The notes: generated by a model from the letters alone, not told the origin. Numbered from the stretch's first letter, positions 1 to 8,716 are shown. The stretch is 32,000 nucleotides of DNA from Candidatus Nitrospira inopinata (GCF_001458695.1 NZ_LN885086.1:1530001-1562000), one strand, 5' to 3'. Translations and numbers: made by a program.

Positions 1-351
1 AAAGACACCAAGATTGCTTACGGTCAAGTTGTTAAAACGGATAGCGACGGATACTACAAAGCGATCTTTCACCTCCATAACGACAACCTTGGCGACCCTA
101 TTCTGGTTGAGGCAAGGGGGGAACAGCAAAACCACAGAGTCCAGTTCGATCCGAAAGATCTGGAGTCCGAGCGAAAGATTCGGGTCAATTTTGGAACCGG
201 CTGCGAAGCGAGCGATTCTCCTCCGTGGTTGTGGATGGGGATGGGGGTTATAGTTGCGGGAGCCGGAGCGCTTCTTGGGTTGAAAGTGGTCCGTTCCGGG
301 CGCAAACCGGAACGGACGAAGGAAAAGTCGCAGGGCAAGCGAAAATCGTAA
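1..351 (+). CDS. 3' end of a gene entering from the left edge; hypothetical exported protein with a C-terminal membrane anchor
   Basis: Frame 1 is open from base 1 to TAA at 349-351. It is absent from the ORF track because no start lies in the window. The translation (...KTDSDGYYKAIFHLHNDNLGDPILVEARG...) ends in a hydrophobic helix WLWMGMGVIVAGAGALLGLKVV plus a basic tail RSGRKPERTKEKSQGKRKS. Confidence 0.5.
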   Translation, partial: KDTKIAYGQVVKTDSDGYYKAIFHLHNDNLGDPILVEARGEQQNHRVQFDPKDLESERKIRVNFGTGCEASDSPPWLWMGMGVIVAGAGALLGLKVVRSGRKPERTKEKSQGKRKS

Positions 352-574
352 TCGTTTTTTAATGATAGCCCGTGGGGGCCGTACCGATCTCATGTGTCGG
401 TCGGGGTGAGTTCGAGGTTTCGTGGGCGGGACACTGTGTGCGGTTGCAATGGTGAGCGCTTTTACAGGATGTTGTCATCCATGTAGAAGCGTTTTTTTAT
501 TTTTATCCGTCTTCATAAAACCCCGTGGGTGTCCGAAGGTGGGCCGGGAGTAAGGGGTCATCAGGAGAGAAGTC

Positions 575-1084
575 GTGCGTGTCGCGGTGCAAGCCGTATT
601 GATTGTCAGCCTGGGGTTACTGGTCTCCTGTAGCGCCGAAGAGGGTGGATTGGGAGACGGACCGATCGTTCCCCCTCCTCCGCCGCCGCCGGAATATGCT
701 GAGAAACATATGCCTGCAGGGTGGTGGAACGACCAGGCCAAAATGGAAGAGGGGCGAAAGATCTACCTGGGTGAGGCGAACCCCGACGTCAATTGCGCCA
801 GTTGTCATGGGAAAGACGGAAAACCGGTCAAGGCTGGCGCGCGCGACTTTCGCAATGTCGAACGGATGAAGCTTGCCTCCGATTCGGTATGGTTTTGGCG
901 CATTGCCGAGGGAGTTCCCAACACGAAGATGAAGGGCTGGAAGAGCAAGCTTTCGGAAGAAGATATGTGGAAGCTGGTGCTCTATGAACGGAGTTTTGCG
1001 TTGTCCGGAAAGGCATGGAGCGACGAGAAAAAGCAGTGGGTTGATGTCGGGAGCATTCCAACGCCCCCAGCCGGTGAGGAATAG
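575..1084 (+). CDS. monohaem c-type cytochrome, lipoprotein
   Basis: GTG start lies 7 nt after AGGAG (563-567). Lipobox-like signal LGLLVSC/SAEE, a poly-Pro linker (PPPPPPP), a single CxxCH (CASCH) and a distal Met region (NTKMKGWKS). Confidence 0.85.
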   Translation: MRVAVQAVLIVSLGLLVSCSAEEGGLGDGPIVPPPPPPPEYAEKHMPAGWWNDQAKMEEGRKIYLGEANPDVNCASCHGKDGKPVKAGARDFRNVERMKLASDSVWFWRIAEGVPNTKMKGWKSKLSEEDMWKLVLYERSFALSGKAWSDEKKQWVDVGSIPTPPAGEE

Positions 1085-1088
1085 GCGC

Positions 1089-1142
1089 GAAGGTCTGAAG
1101 GTCTGGTGGGGCAAAGATTCTTTTGTGTGACCTTTTGTGTGA
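1089..1142. repeat. two perfect short tandem duplications in the 58-nt spacer before bd-like oxidase 1
   Basis: gaaggtct occurs twice back to back (1089-1096, 1097-1104). cttttgtgtga occurs twice, 1 nt apart (1120-1130, 1132-1142), ending directly at ATG 1143. Confidence 0.9.
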
Positions 1143-2867
1143 ATGGGACGTCACGCTATGAACATACGGCTTCGTAATCTCACTGCGATCGTCGTGTTTC
1201 TCGGGCTTGTTTCAGCGGGGCTTTCCGACGTCTATGCGCAAATGCCTGGGGCGGCGGTCGAGTTTCCGTACACGGGGAACCGAACCGCCGTGTGGATTGT
1301 CGCGCAGCTCCATACGCTTCTCGGCGCGTTCATTCTCGGGGCTCCGATGTTCATCGTCATGGCTGAATGGCTTGGACATCGCAAGCAGGATTCCCGGTAT
1401 GATCGCATGGCTCAAGAGATCACAAAGATCACGGTCATTCTTTTCAGCATGACGGCTCTGACCGGCGGACTCTTTATTTTTGTACTTCTGGCCGCCTATC
1501 CCCAGTTCACGACCTGGTTCATCAATCAATTTTATCTTGTGTTCGCCGTGATCTATCCGCTGCTGTTCATCGTCGGGACGATCGTGCTCTACGCATACTT
1601 TTACAGTTGGGACGCCTGGAAAGGAGAGAAAAAAGGGCGTCATATCGCTTTGGGCGTGCTGCTTAATCTGATCTGTCTGGCGACGATGTTCGTGATCAAC
1701 GGCCCGACGTCGTTTATGAATACCCCCGTCAGAAGCGAGGGGGTGTCGCCGATGGAAGCCCTGGCCGCGGCGACCTTGTGGGACAAAATCGCGAACACGA
1801 GCTGGATGCCGCTTAATCTCCATCGCATCGACGGAAACGTCGCGTTTGGGGGGTTTGTGGCGGGCTTGATCGCCGCCTATATGTACATGGGGGCGCAGAA
1901 CAGGGAAGATCGTGCCTATTACGACTGGATGGGTTTTGTTGGAAACCTGATCGCCGTGGGCGCCATGCTTCTTCAGCCCTTTACCGGATTATTGTTGGCC
2001 TACGAGATGTGCGATTATGACTTTTCGTTTTGCCCCTACATGATGGCCGATCAGCTTTCGATGTTTTTCGAGATGCAGGGCGCCGTTGTGGGCGTGATGT
2101 TCCTGGGCTGTAATTATTACGTCTGGCTCAGCCTGCGGCGCATTGAGGGGGTGGAGCAGGTCAGGATGACGGCGTTGGCTCCGCTCATGATGGTCTTGTC
2201 TCCCGTGGTCATGGTCGTCGTCTTCACGGAATATTGGATTCCTGATCCGATGTCGCTCGCGTTCCTGATCCCCTTCGTGCTGAGCCCGTTCATCTTGGGT
2301 CGATTCGTGCCGATGACGGTATCCGTGCAAACGGTGATGAAGATCGGGTTTTTGATGGTCGTTGTGAGCGACGCGCTGTGGGTGATTCCCAACGGATTTG
2401 CGGCGACCGGAGCCAAGATGGCGGAAGACGTTCAATTGCCGGAGGCGTGGGAAGTGCTCGGTAAAATGCCGACCAAGCTCGGCGCTATCTTCTCGCTGGT
2501 ATTCGTTACAGTAATCAATTACATCGTTTATGGCCGGGCCATTCGGCAGGGAACCATCGCGTGGGGCAAGATCGACGGCGTCTCTCAATTTGTCCTTATT
2601 TTTCTGGCGTTCACGTCGATTTGGGCGATGGGATTGATGGGGGCCGTCCGGTCGTTGTTGCGCAAGTTTTTCCACGCCTACAATTTGGTGCCGGATTTTA
2701 CGGCTGAGTCGTTCACGCCGACATTGTCCTATTCCGCTTGGCTGATTACAGGGATCACGGTGTTCTTTTTTATCGTCGTGAGTGTGGCGGTTTTTCTGGC
2801 CCTTCGGTCCGTCGAGGCGAAAGAGCGCGAGCCGCAGGGGGTTCCCGTTCCCGCCGGAAGCAAGTAA
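1143..2867 (+). CDS. cytochrome bd-like oxidase, CydA-related subunit only (paralogue 1)
   Basis: A 574-aa polytopic membrane protein. The N-terminal half carries CydA-like blocks shared with the paralogue at 6867-8714: VWIVAQLHTLLG vs IWIVAQLHLLLAG, LNLHRI vs INIHRL, and EDRAYYDWMGFVGN vs EDREHYDWMGYVGN. The N-terminus is signal-peptide-like. An alternative start is ATG 1158. No cydB-like gene follows. Confidence 0.8.
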   Translation: MGRHAMNIRLRNLTAIVVFLGLVSAGLSDVYAQMPGAAVEFPYTGNRTAVWIVAQLHTLLGAFILGAPMFIVMAEWLGHRKQDSRYDRMAQEITKITVILFSMTALTGGLFIFVLLAAYPQFTTWFINQFYLVFAVIYPLLFIVGTIVLYAYFYSWDAWKGEKKGRHIALGVLLNLICLATMFVINGPTSFMNTPVRSEGVSPMEALAAATLWDKIANTSWMPLNLHRIDGNVAFGGFVAGLIAAYMYMGAQNREDRAYYDWMGFVGNLIAVGAMLLQPFTGLLLAYEMCDYDFSFCPYMMADQLSMFFEMQGAVVGVMFLGCNYYVWLSLRRIEGVEQVRMTALAPLMMVLSPVVMVVVFTEYWIPDPMSLAFLIPFVLSPFILGRFVPMTVSVQTVMKIGFLMVVVSDALWVIPNGFAATGAKMAEDVQLPEAWEVLGKMPTKLGAIFSLVFVTVINYIVYGRAIRQGTIAWGKIDGVSQFVLIFLAFTSIWAMGLMGAVRSLLRKFFHAYNLVPDFTAESFTPTLSYSAWLITGITVFFFIVVSVAVFLALRSVEAKEREPQGVPVPAGSK

Positions 2868-2937
2868 CAATCGGCGCCATCGGGTTGTCGCATCGGCGGG
2901 CGTACGGAGTCGAGTGGGCGTAACCAGGGGAGTCCTT

Positions 2938-3747
2938 ATGGGGAAGGCAATGGTCAAAATCGTTGTCGGCCTGGCGGTCGCCGCCGGTCTCTGGTTCGGG
3001 TCGATGGCGATGGAGTTCCCGCCGGTGTTTCAGGGGCTGTTCGTCGGATTCGCGATCGTCGGTACGTTGATGTTTCTGTTGTTGGACGCACCGCGGACAA
3101 ACGGACCGACCGGATGGCCGGCAGCCGTGTCCGTCGTGGCGTTCTATTTGATTCTCTGTTTCGGGTATGGAGCCACGGCGTCGCTCTGGCCGCAGTTTGA
3201 TCCCGAGGACGAGAGAGAAAAGATCGCCAAGATTCTCGACGGCAAAGAAAACCCGCTTGATCCCTGGAACGCGGCCGAGGTGACCAAGCGAATTCAAGAG
3301 CTCGATGAGAAGGCCAAAATGCTGGCCGAACGGATTCAGGCGTTGGGAGGCGATCAAGCTCCCGTTGTGGCTCAGAAGGCCGTCGCTTCCGCTGCGACTG
3401 CTGTGAGTGCGAGCGCAGATTCCGGTGACCTCATGAAAATAGGGGAAGAGCAGTGGCAGCTCCAGGAGTGTTACAACTGCCACAAGTTGAGAGGCGAGGG
3501 AGGGAAAAAGCGAGGTCCGGAGCTGGATAACATCGGGTCCTACCTGACGGTTGAAGAGATCAAGCAAAAGATCATCGATCCCAAGAGTTTCATGGCCGAG
3601 GGATTTGAAAAAGAGTGGGAGAAGGGGCGAATGCCGGACAAATTCAAGGACGTGATGAGTGACGGAGAAATAACCGCGCTTGCCTCGTGGCTCTATACGT
3701 TTAAGAACACGGCGGTCGCCACGCCGAAACCGATTAAGAAAAAGTGA
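2938..3747 (+). CDS. membrane-anchored monohaem cytochrome c (about 3 N-terminal TM helices, linker, C-terminal cyt c domain)
   Basis: The track ORF 2782-3747 overlaps the upstream gene. Internal ATG 2938 follows GGGGAG (2927-2932) and gives MGKAMVKIVVGLAVAAGLWFG. CxxCH is CYNCH, followed by GPELDNIG ... RMP. Confidence 0.85.
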   Translation: MGKAMVKIVVGLAVAAGLWFGSMAMEFPPVFQGLFVGFAIVGTLMFLLLDAPRTNGPTGWPAAVSVVAFYLILCFGYGATASLWPQFDPEDEREKIAKILDGKENPLDPWNAAEVTKRIQELDEKAKMLAERIQALGGDQAPVVAQKAVASAATAVSASADSGDLMKIGEEQWQLQECYNCHKLRGEGGKKRGPELDNIGSYLTVEEIKQKIIDPKSFMAEGFEKEWEKGRMPDKFKDVMSDGEITALASWLYTFKNTAVATPKPIKKK

Positions 3748-4682
3748 TGTTGCAGCCGAAACTGAAGTCCAAGGTTCGTTGCACGGACCGAGATATTGGT
3801 GAAGTGACGAGGGTCGTTCTGGACCCCATTTCCCACGACATCAGTCATCTTGTGGTGTCGCTGGACGACGGCGTCGAACGGCAGGTCGCCATGGAACACG
3901 TGCGAGCCGTCTTGGAAGGCGTCGTCGAATTGGGGGTATCTTCATCCGAGATCGCGGCTCTCCCGCCCTTCAATCGCGCGGATTACGTCACCACGCACGA
4001 GGTTGAGATCTCGCATCTGGAAGACAATCTCGACGTCGTTCCCGGCGAAGTGCTTGTTCCGCTGCCCGATCTTGAAAAGGACATCAAACGCAGAACCTTC
4101 TTCATGAACTTCACACACGCCGTCGGTCTTCTGATCGGTTTGCCGATGGTCTATCCGGTGCTGCGTTATCTGATGAAGCCGATGTATGCGCCGTTCGACA
4201 ATGGATGGCTGAAGGTCGGAAACGTCGGCAAGATCAAGCAGGACGACATCGGGGTGCAGTTCCAATACAAGAAAACGGTCAAAGAAGCCTATATGCCGGA
4301 AGCCGAGATCGAAAAGTCGGTGTGGATTTTAAAAGCCACCCCTTCGGTGCTCGATCAGATTTATCAAGGCAAGGATCAAGATTTCCGCGACCCGTCCGGG
4401 AAACTCATCTGGACGAACAAAAAAGACGTTCCCTACGTCGCGTTTTCGGGCAAATGCCCTCATCTGGGTTGCGCGTATAAATGGCGGCAACACAAGACTC
4501 TGGGAGAGGTGTTTCTTTGCCCCTGTCACTTGAGCATTTATGATGCGGCGGGGAAAGTGCTTGACGGCCCGGCGCCCAGGCCGCTCGATGCCCTGCCGAT
4601 CAAGGTGGCAGCCAACGGCGACGTGGAAATCATCGACATGGAGTTCAAGGCCGGAGTCAAGTCTCAAATTCGGATCATGTAA
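3744..4682 (+). CDS. Rieske [2Fe-2S] protein with an N-terminal PRC-barrel-like extension
   Basis: GTG 3744 or ATG 3747 overlaps the upstream stop (TGATG). Rieske boxes CPHLGC and CPCHLS are present. A twin-arginine motif KRRTFF plus a TM helix lies at residues ~115-140. Residues ~10-75 (DRDIGEVTRVVLDPISHDISHLVVSLDDG..RQVAMEHV) look like a PRC barrel. Confidence 0.9.
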   Translation: MMLQPKLKSKVRCTDRDIGEVTRVVLDPISHDISHLVVSLDDGVERQVAMEHVRAVLEGVVELGVSSSEIAALPPFNRADYVTTHEVEISHLEDNLDVVPGEVLVPLPDLEKDIKRRTFFMNFTHAVGLLIGLPMVYPVLRYLMKPMYAPFDNGWLKVGNVGKIKQDDIGVQFQYKKTVKEAYMPEAEIEKSVWILKATPSVLDQIYQGKDQDFRDPSGKLIWTNKKDVPYVAFSGKCPHLGCAYKWRQHKTLGEVFLCPCHLSIYDAAGKVLDGPAPRPLDALPIKVAANGDVEIIDMEFKAGVKSQIRIM

Positions 4683-5795
4683 ATGCAGCACCCGTCCGTT
4701 TCCAACGTTCCCTCGACCGCCGTCGAGAAGATCGTCGCGTTTCTCGATCAACGCGTCGGCTTGAAGGAAATTCAAGCCAAGATGCTCAACGAGCCGATCC
4801 CCGGCGGCTCACGGTGGGCCTATGTGTTCGGCTCCATCCTGCTGTTTCTCTTCATCATGCAGGCGATCACCGGCGTGTTGCTGATGTTTTATTACGTCCC
4901 CACGGCGGACCATGCCTATGCCAGCACCCAATACATCATTCACGAGGTGGATTACGGGTGGTTTCTGCTGGGCTATCACTTTTGGGGATCCAGCGCCATG
5001 GCCGTCTGTGTCGTCGCGCACATGTCGCAGGTGTTTCTCTGGGGGGCCTATAAGCCGCCGCGCGAGCTTCTGTGGATCGTCGGGCTGGCGTTGTTCGGCA
5101 TCGTCATCGGATTCGGATTTACCGGGTATTTGTTGCCGTGGGACCAACGGGCCTATTGGGCCACGACGGTGGGAGTCGAAATTCTCGACAAAACGCCGAT
5201 CCTCGGCGATTTCATGGCGCGGTTCCTGAAGGGAGGACCGACGCCGGGCCAACTGACATTGAGCCGGTTTTTCGTCATTCACGTAATGATTCTGCCGGCC
5301 GCGCTCATGGCCTTGGCCGGGTTGCACCTGTACTTGTTTCGAGTGGCCGCCCCGGCCGGTCCGTTCCGGGGAACTCCGGAAGAGATCAAGGCGAAAACCG
5401 ACTACTTTTTCCCCCGGCAAGTGTGGAAGGACATTGTGGGCATGGCCGTCGTCTTCGCCACGATTTGCGGGTTGGCGTTCTGGGAGCCGGTGGTGTTGTT
5501 GGAAGAAGCCACGCCAGATCCGGGCGAGTATCACCCCGAACCGGAATGGTATTTTCTTTTCTACTTCCAACTGCTCAGGCTCAAGATGTTTTCCGGCGAA
5601 TTCGGGCAGTTCATGGGAGCCGTGGCGTTGCCGGTCATTTTTATGGGTCTGCTCGTGGCGCTCCCCTTTTTCGACCGAGATCCGGAACGGAATATTTTCA
5701 AGCGCCCCGTGGCGTTGATCAGTTGGATTGCGATGATGGCGATCATGGCGATTTTCACGGTCTCCGCCGTGATCAACCGAGAGTTTCTAGACTAG
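4683..5795 (+). CDS. cytochrome b (fused b6 + subunit IV type, about 8 TM helices)
   Basis: ATG directly abuts the TAA of the Rieske gene. H-x13-H sits in helix B (YHFWGSSAMAVCVVAH) and H-x14-H in helix D (IHVMILPAALMALAGLH). It also has LLPWDQRAYWATTVG and the Qo-site PEWYF. Confidence 0.95.
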   Translation: MQHPSVSNVPSTAVEKIVAFLDQRVGLKEIQAKMLNEPIPGGSRWAYVFGSILLFLFIMQAITGVLLMFYYVPTADHAYASTQYIIHEVDYGWFLLGYHFWGSSAMAVCVVAHMSQVFLWGAYKPPRELLWIVGLALFGIVIGFGFTGYLLPWDQRAYWATTVGVEILDKTPILGDFMARFLKGGPTPGQLTLSRFFVIHVMILPAALMALAGLHLYLFRVAAPAGPFRGTPEEIKAKTDYFFPRQVWKDIVGMAVVFATICGLAFWEPVVLLEEATPDPGEYHPEPEWYFLFYFQLLRLKMFSGEFGQFMGAVALPVIFMGLLVALPFFDRDPERNIFKRPVALISWIAMMAIMAIFTVSAVINREFLD

Positions 5796-5830
5796 ATTAG
5801 GAGCGGCGCGGCGGCGCCGACGGATGACCA

Positions 5831-6820
5831 ATGGCCGGCGAGCGAGACTCTTTGTCGCCAACACAGATAGGAATCGGAGTGCTCTGGCCTACCTGTTGGA
5901 CAGGGCTTCCCATCAAGCTGCCGTTGGCCGTGATCGCCTTGGCCGTCGGCTTGATGCACCTGGAGGCCCGGCTGGGGCTGGCCTTTTTGATGTTGCTCGC
6001 CAGTCCGGTGACGGTCTTTGCCGTGCCGATCATTTCTCTCGCACTGGATGGAAATTTCGGTGAAGGGATCGGGTTGCCGCTGCTCCTCTTTCTCTCTATT
6101 CCAATCGATATCTGGGCGTTCGGAGTCGTCGGTCAAACGTTTTTTCTCGAGCGACTCAGAAAGGAGCCTCCTCCGAGACTGGGATTCACTCTCTGGTGGA
6201 AATCTTCGGTCGTCGGCGCCTTCTTTCTGCCGATCCTTTGGGTGGTGGTCGGCTCGGTCACGGAAACAGCGATGTCGACGTCTCATTCCTTGGCACAAAT
6301 GGAAAGTCTCCGGCATCTGTTCCATACCGGACTTCCGGTAGCCGAACGGATCGGGCTCGAGGTCACGATCTGGGGCACCATCGCGTTCGGAGTTTTAATG
6401 GTTCTGTTGACCATCGGAGTCTCAACCATCGGCCGCATAATCCGCGACATTGCCGCCGACGCGTCGCCGGCCTCCGGCACCTATCAGGCGCTGATTACGC
6501 GATGGGATTTGATGCGCGTGCCTCGTGATCAGGGGCTGTTCGCTACGACGGTCGTGGGAGTGGGACTCGTCTTTTGCATCCTGTTCTGGGTCGTCCTGCC
6601 GGTGACGACGCCGCATCCTCACGAATGTTGCCCCAAGCCGGAGGTCGTGGTCCATCGGCCGTTCAAACCGATGGAGACTCTGGCGCGCGATGAGCAACAG
6701 ATAGAGAACCTGATCGCCCAAGTCGAGGCGTTGGAAGAGAAGAAGGCGGGCGAGGCGGTTGTCAAGGAAAAGGGCGGGGCCAAGGCCGAACACAAGACCG
6801 GAGCAAAAGCCGACGATTGA
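5831..6820 (+). CDS. hypothetical 6-TM membrane protein with an HPHECC motif and a charged coiled-coil tail
   Basis: Six hydrophobic segments by eye, same strand, lying between cyt b and bd-like 2. The C-terminal tail reads TTPHPHECCPKPE ... EQQIENLIAQVEALEEKKAGE. The start is uncertain because ATG 5831 has no good SD. Confidence 0.6.
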   Translation: MAGERDSLSPTQIGIGVLWPTCWTGLPIKLPLAVIALAVGLMHLEARLGLAFLMLLASPVTVFAVPIISLALDGNFGEGIGLPLLLFLSIPIDIWAFGVVGQTFFLERLRKEPPPRLGFTLWWKSSVVGAFFLPILWVVVGSVTETAMSTSHSLAQMESLRHLFHTGLPVAERIGLEVTIWGTIAFGVLMVLLTIGVSTIGRIIRDIAADASPASGTYQALITRWDLMRVPRDQGLFATTVVGVGLVFCILFWVVLPVTTPHPHECCPKPEVVVHRPFKPMETLARDEQQIENLIAQVEALEEKKAGEAVVKEKGGAKAEHKTGAKADD

Positions 6821-6866
6821 TCCGCCCTCGGCAAACCGTAACGTGCGAGGTGAAGAGGTGAGCTTC

Positions 6867-8714
6867 ATGCGCCATGGGGAAAGAATGATTCAACGAGCGA
6901 TCCGTAGCGGAGGCGCTCACGCGGGATGGCTCACGGGCCTGTTGCTCATGGCGGGCTGGCTGGCTCTGCCCGCCGTCGGTTTCGCGGCCGAGGGAACCGC
7001 GGCCGGTCCGACGGAGTATCGGGATATTCCGTACATCGGCAGCAGGAATCTGATTTGGATTGTCGCGCAGCTCCATCTGCTGCTGGCGGGGTTCGTCTTG
7101 GGGGTCCCGATTTTTGCCTGGCTCTGCGAGATTATCGCGTGGAAAGGGGGAGAGCAGCGGTACGACAAGCTGGCCAAGGAGTTTACCAAGCTGCTCACGT
7201 CCGCCTACGCCACCACCGCCCTGTTCGGCGGGATTTTGCTGTTCCTGCTCATCGTTTTCTATCCCAAGCTCATGAACTATCTGACGGACATTTTCTTTCC
7301 GTCCTTCCTTGTGTACTGTCTTCTGTTCTTGTTTGAGACCGCGACGCTGTACCTCTATTGGTATGGGTGGGACGCGATGCAGCATGGCGGCAAGAAGACC
7401 TTGCACATCTTCCTCGGCTTTCTCCTGAACTTTTTTGCCATCTTCATCATGATCGTCCCCAATGCCTGGGCGACGTTCCAATCAAGCCCGGTTGTGATCT
7501 CCGAAGGCACGGCCATCGAACGGGCATGGGCCGCCACCTGGAACCCGACCTGGTGGCCGATCAACATCCACCGGCTCATCGCCAACGTCGTGCTCGGCGG
7601 CTACATTTGCGGCGCGTACGCCGGCGTTCGCTATTTGTCGGCCAAAAGCGCAGAAGACCGCGAACATTACGATTGGATGGGGTACGTCGGCAACTTTATC
7701 GGCGTGTTCGGTCTCTTGGCCCTGCCGTTCGCCGGGTACTGGCTGATGCGCGAGATCTATCAATACAACCAGCAGATGGGCATTACGTTGATGGGGGGCT
7801 TTCTCTCCTGGCTCTTTATCATCCAGGCGATGTTGATCGGAGTCCTCTTTTTGGGTTCCAACTACTATTTCTGGCTGGGGATTACCTATCGGATTCCCGG
7901 GTCGGAGAGCAAATATCGAAAGCCCATTCTCTGGATGTTGGTCAGCTTGTTGTTGTGTCTCGCCGTGTGGATGACGCCCCACTCGCTGGTGGCCAGCATT
8001 GAAGAAGCTCAAAAAATGGGGGGTGCGCACCATCCGCTGCTCGGCGTTCTCGGCGTCATGTCAGCCAAAATGACGGTGTCGAACCTCATGATTCTCATCA
8101 CGTTCATGAGTTTCGTCATGTACTGGCGGGCGGGAAAACAAGACGCGGCTCCATGGGCGAAACTGGCCAAGGCGGTCATGGGCGCCGTGTTGGTCTTGGC
8201 CAGCCTTGCCGTCATCGTGCTCGGCGTGTGGGGATATTTCGTGCCGGCGATCGTCCGGATCAACTATTTCTCCACCTCTCAGGTGCTGATCGTCATTTTC
8301 GTGATCCTGACGATCACGCCCTTGACGGCCCTGTTGCTGAAGAGCGCCAAAACGACGACGGAGATGGTCTGGGGTAGGATGCCCCCGCGGGCCGGATACG
8401 CCTTGGTGTTGAACGCCATCATGGTTATCTTGCTGATGGCGTTGATGGGCTATGCGCGGTCCTCGTCTCGCGTCCATTGGCACGTGTATGGGGTGATGCG
8501 CGATACGTCTCCCTATGCGTACTCGCCCGCTCTCGGCAGCGCTTCGCTGATCATGGCCTTCTGCACGTTTTTCTTCTGCCTGCTCGTGGCGTTTATCTTC
8601 TGGGTCGCCACGATGGGCGACAAGGCCAAGGGCGCTCAGGGAACGGTGAAAAAGGAGCTGCCCCATGGCATTCCGGCTATTGCCGGAGGGGCGCCGGATC
8701 GCGGGCAACCGTGA
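6867..8714 (+). CDS. cytochrome bd-like oxidase, CydA-related subunit only (paralogue 2)
   Basis: The track ORF 6759-8714 overlaps the upstream gene. ATG 6867 (after GAAGAGG) or ATG 6885 is a more plausible start. It has the same conserved blocks as paralogue 1, plus an extra His cluster in the C-terminal half (TPH, AHH at 8028-8033, HWH at 8475-8483). Confidence 0.8.
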   Translation: MRHGERMIQRAIRSGGAHAGWLTGLLLMAGWLALPAVGFAAEGTAAGPTEYRDIPYIGSRNLIWIVAQLHLLLAGFVLGVPIFAWLCEIIAWKGGEQRYDKLAKEFTKLLTSAYATTALFGGILLFLLIVFYPKLMNYLTDIFFPSFLVYCLLFLFETATLYLYWYGWDAMQHGGKKTLHIFLGFLLNFFAIFIMIVPNAWATFQSSPVVISEGTAIERAWAATWNPTWWPINIHRLIANVVLGGYICGAYAGVRYLSAKSAEDREHYDWMGYVGNFIGVFGLLALPFAGYWLMREIYQYNQQMGITLMGGFLSWLFIIQAMLIGVLFLGSNYYFWLGITYRIPGSESKYRKPILWMLVSLLLCLAVWMTPHSLVASIEEAQKMGGAHHPLLGVLGVMSAKMTVSNLMILITFMSFVMYWRAGKQDAAPWAKLAKAVMGAVLVLASLAVIVLGVWGYFVPAIVRINYFSTSQVLIVIFVILTITPLTALLLKSAKTTTEMVWGRMPPRAGYALVLNAIMVILLMALMGYARSSSRVHWHVYGVMRDTSPYAYSPALGSASLIMAFCTFFFCLLVAFIFWVATMGDKAKGAQGTVKKELPHGIPAIAGGAPDRGQP

Positions 8715-8716
8715 CG

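Noticed and set aside
472-503. Possible promoter TTGTCA-N17-TTTTAT upstream of the respiratory locus
   Set aside because: The -10 match is poor and lies in a generic AT-rich patch. It is plausible but not supportable from sequence alone.
2898-2909. 12-mer gggcgtacggag shared by the spacers after both bd-like genes (also at 8733-8744)
   Set aside because: A shared 12-mer somewhere in 32 kb is expected by chance many times over. Only the position is suggestive, so I do not count it as evidence for the duplication.
2782-2937. 52-codon extension of the anchored cytochrome c ORF (and likewise 6759-6866 for bd-like 2)
   Set aside because: These extensions overlap the preceding genes and are Arg-rich. 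Downstream starts with SDs give sensible signal or TM N-termini.
1989-2957. 322-aa minus-strand ORF antisense to bd-like oxidase 1
   Set aside because: Its composition is Arg/His/Pro/Gly/Asp-rich and low in complexity, typical of shadow frames in GC-rich DNA. It is fully overlapped by a membrane-protein gene with clear family motifs.
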